A stretch of 64,000 nucleotides of DNA. Source: Eledone cirrhosa. Its lineage: Eukaryota. The first letter of the stretch is position 1, and each line of letters starts with the position of its first letter. A program made the position numbers and the translations under genes. Where the stretch lies: NCBI GenBank assembly GCA_964016885.1, contig OZ024742.1, forward strand, positions 274,040,001-274,104,000. The letters are read 5' to 3'. Positions 62,554 through 64,000 of the stretch are shown piece by piece. Below the pieces are notes generated by a model. That model was not told the origin of the DNA. It saw only the letters and a list, made by a program, of their open reading frames with translations, and ran no database searches.

Positions 62554-63572
62554 ATAGACTCTACTTAAGTAGATCTGAAGGTGGAAGAGGTCTTATCATT
62601 ATAGAGGACTGTGTTCAGATGGAGAAAAACAACCTACACAAATACGTGACTGATAGTAAGGAGCCAATGCACAGAATTGTACTAAAGGAGAGGACAATAG
62701 ACCAGGGGATGTCCAAGGAGGAAATAACAACAAGGAGAAAGAGCAGCCTTCATGAAAAATCCCTTCATATTACCTTCTTTGAGAAAACGGAATTCAGAGA
62801 TCCACAGACATGGAACTGGTTGAAAAGAGGAGACCTCAAAAAGGCTACAGAAGGAATGTTAATGGCTGCGCAGAAGCAGTCCCTCAAAAACACCATATTT
62901 ACAAGGAGGAGGCTAGCCCACTGTGCAGGATCTGTGGAGAGAGAGAGGAGACTGTGGCTCACATTGTATCCGAGTGTAAACACCAAGCCCAGACTCACTA
63001 TAAGGGCTGGAGACATGATGTGATAGGCAGGGTGATCCACTGGCACCTATGCAAAGTAAACAATTTAACACATTCTGAGAAGTGGTATGAGCATAAGCCA
63101 GAGTCGGTGATAGAAAACGATCAGGTGAAGGTGTTGTGGGATTTTAGGATACAGACGGAGAAGAAACTGGAACACAATAGACCTGACCTGTTGGTTGTGG
63201 AAAAAGAAAAAAGATCGTGCCTGATTGTGGATGTGGCCTGCCCGTTCGACACGAGAGTGCAAGAGAAGGAGAGGGAGAAAATTAACCGATACCAGGACTT
63301 AAAGTGGGAGGTAAAAAGGATTTGGAACTGCCATGAAGTCAAAGTGATCCCGATTGTCATAGGTGCACTAGGGACTATCTCAAAAAGTTTCGAGGGATGG
63401 TTAAAGAAAATTAGCCCCTTCACGCTTTTTGGAACGCTTCAAAAGGCATGCTTGCTGGGAACAGCAAGAACACTCCGATACGTCCTGAATATCTGAGGCT
63501 GCAGGTAGTGGCATGATATTCATTTCAACAAACTTTCCAGTTAACTAACATCAATGACTGAGACTCAAGGAA
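62554..63572 (+). mobile_element. 5'-truncated second R4/Dong copy
   Basis: Close paralog of 61286-62315 with a small frameshifting deletion. Confidence 0.93.
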
Positions 63573-63605
63573 CAATAATAATAATAATAATAATAGTAAT
63601 AATAA

Positions 63606-63780
63606 TTGTTTCTACTTTAGGCACAAGGCCAGCAATTACCCAGTACATTACTGGTACTTTATTTTATCGACCCCGTAAGGATGAAATGCAATGTCAACAT
63701 CGGCGGGATTTGAACTCAGATCGTAAAGGGACGTAACTATGCTGGAAAGCATGGCGTCCGACCCTCTACCGATACTGCCA
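63606..63780 (-). mobile_element. tRNA-derived SINE in an (AAT)n tract
   Basis: Near-identical to 62369-62543. Confidence 0.88.
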
Positions 63781-63794
63781 ATAATAATAATAAA

Positions 63795-64000
63795 AAGATT
63801 GTCATAATCGACACAAAAATCTATCAATTGATTGGATAGATTATAAAAAAGCATTCGATACTTCGCCACAGAGTTGGATTGAAAAATGTTTAGAGGTTTT
63901 CAAAATATCTCCCGTTGTCAGGAGATTCCTGTCATTCAGTATGAAGACATGGAGAAAGACACTCCTTTTCAATAGTGAAAAAAATCACTGGAAGCTGGAG
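63795..64000 (+). mobile_element. Third, divergent R4/Dong-like RT fragment running off the window
   Basis: WIDYKKAFDTSPQSWIEKCLEVFKISPVVRRFLSFSMKTW. Confidence 0.75.

Overview
Eukaryotic, AT- and microsatellite-rich DNA made almost entirely of transposable elements. The tRNA-derived SINE resembles octopod cephalopod SINEs (inference). No prokaryotic genes, rRNA or CRISPR are present. Penelope-like elements (PLEs) dominate. One Neptune-type element has ~930-bp inverted termini and an unexpected ORF1 joined to RT/GIY-YIG by an HIV-like U_UUU_UUA -1 frameshift signal. There are also at least five Nematis-type relics and one other EN+ PLE. At least 20 minimal type-I hammerhead ribozyme motifs of about 7 families occur, several with recurrent non-canonical cores (U4A, U4C, U3-A8) or a 60-nt stem II. 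Many sit in short ORF-less fold-back palindromes inserted in (TA)n. Other elements are an intact R4/Dong-type ORF in a Dong/SINE array on (AAT)n, stacked Tx1/L1-type elements on (ATT)n, a scrambled RTE, a CRE-like 3' end, a decayed Helitron RepHel gene and several non-autonomous Helitrons. A two-exon candidate host-gene 3' end lies at ~25.0-25.3 kb (minus strand). Clade names come from motif recognition, not database searches.
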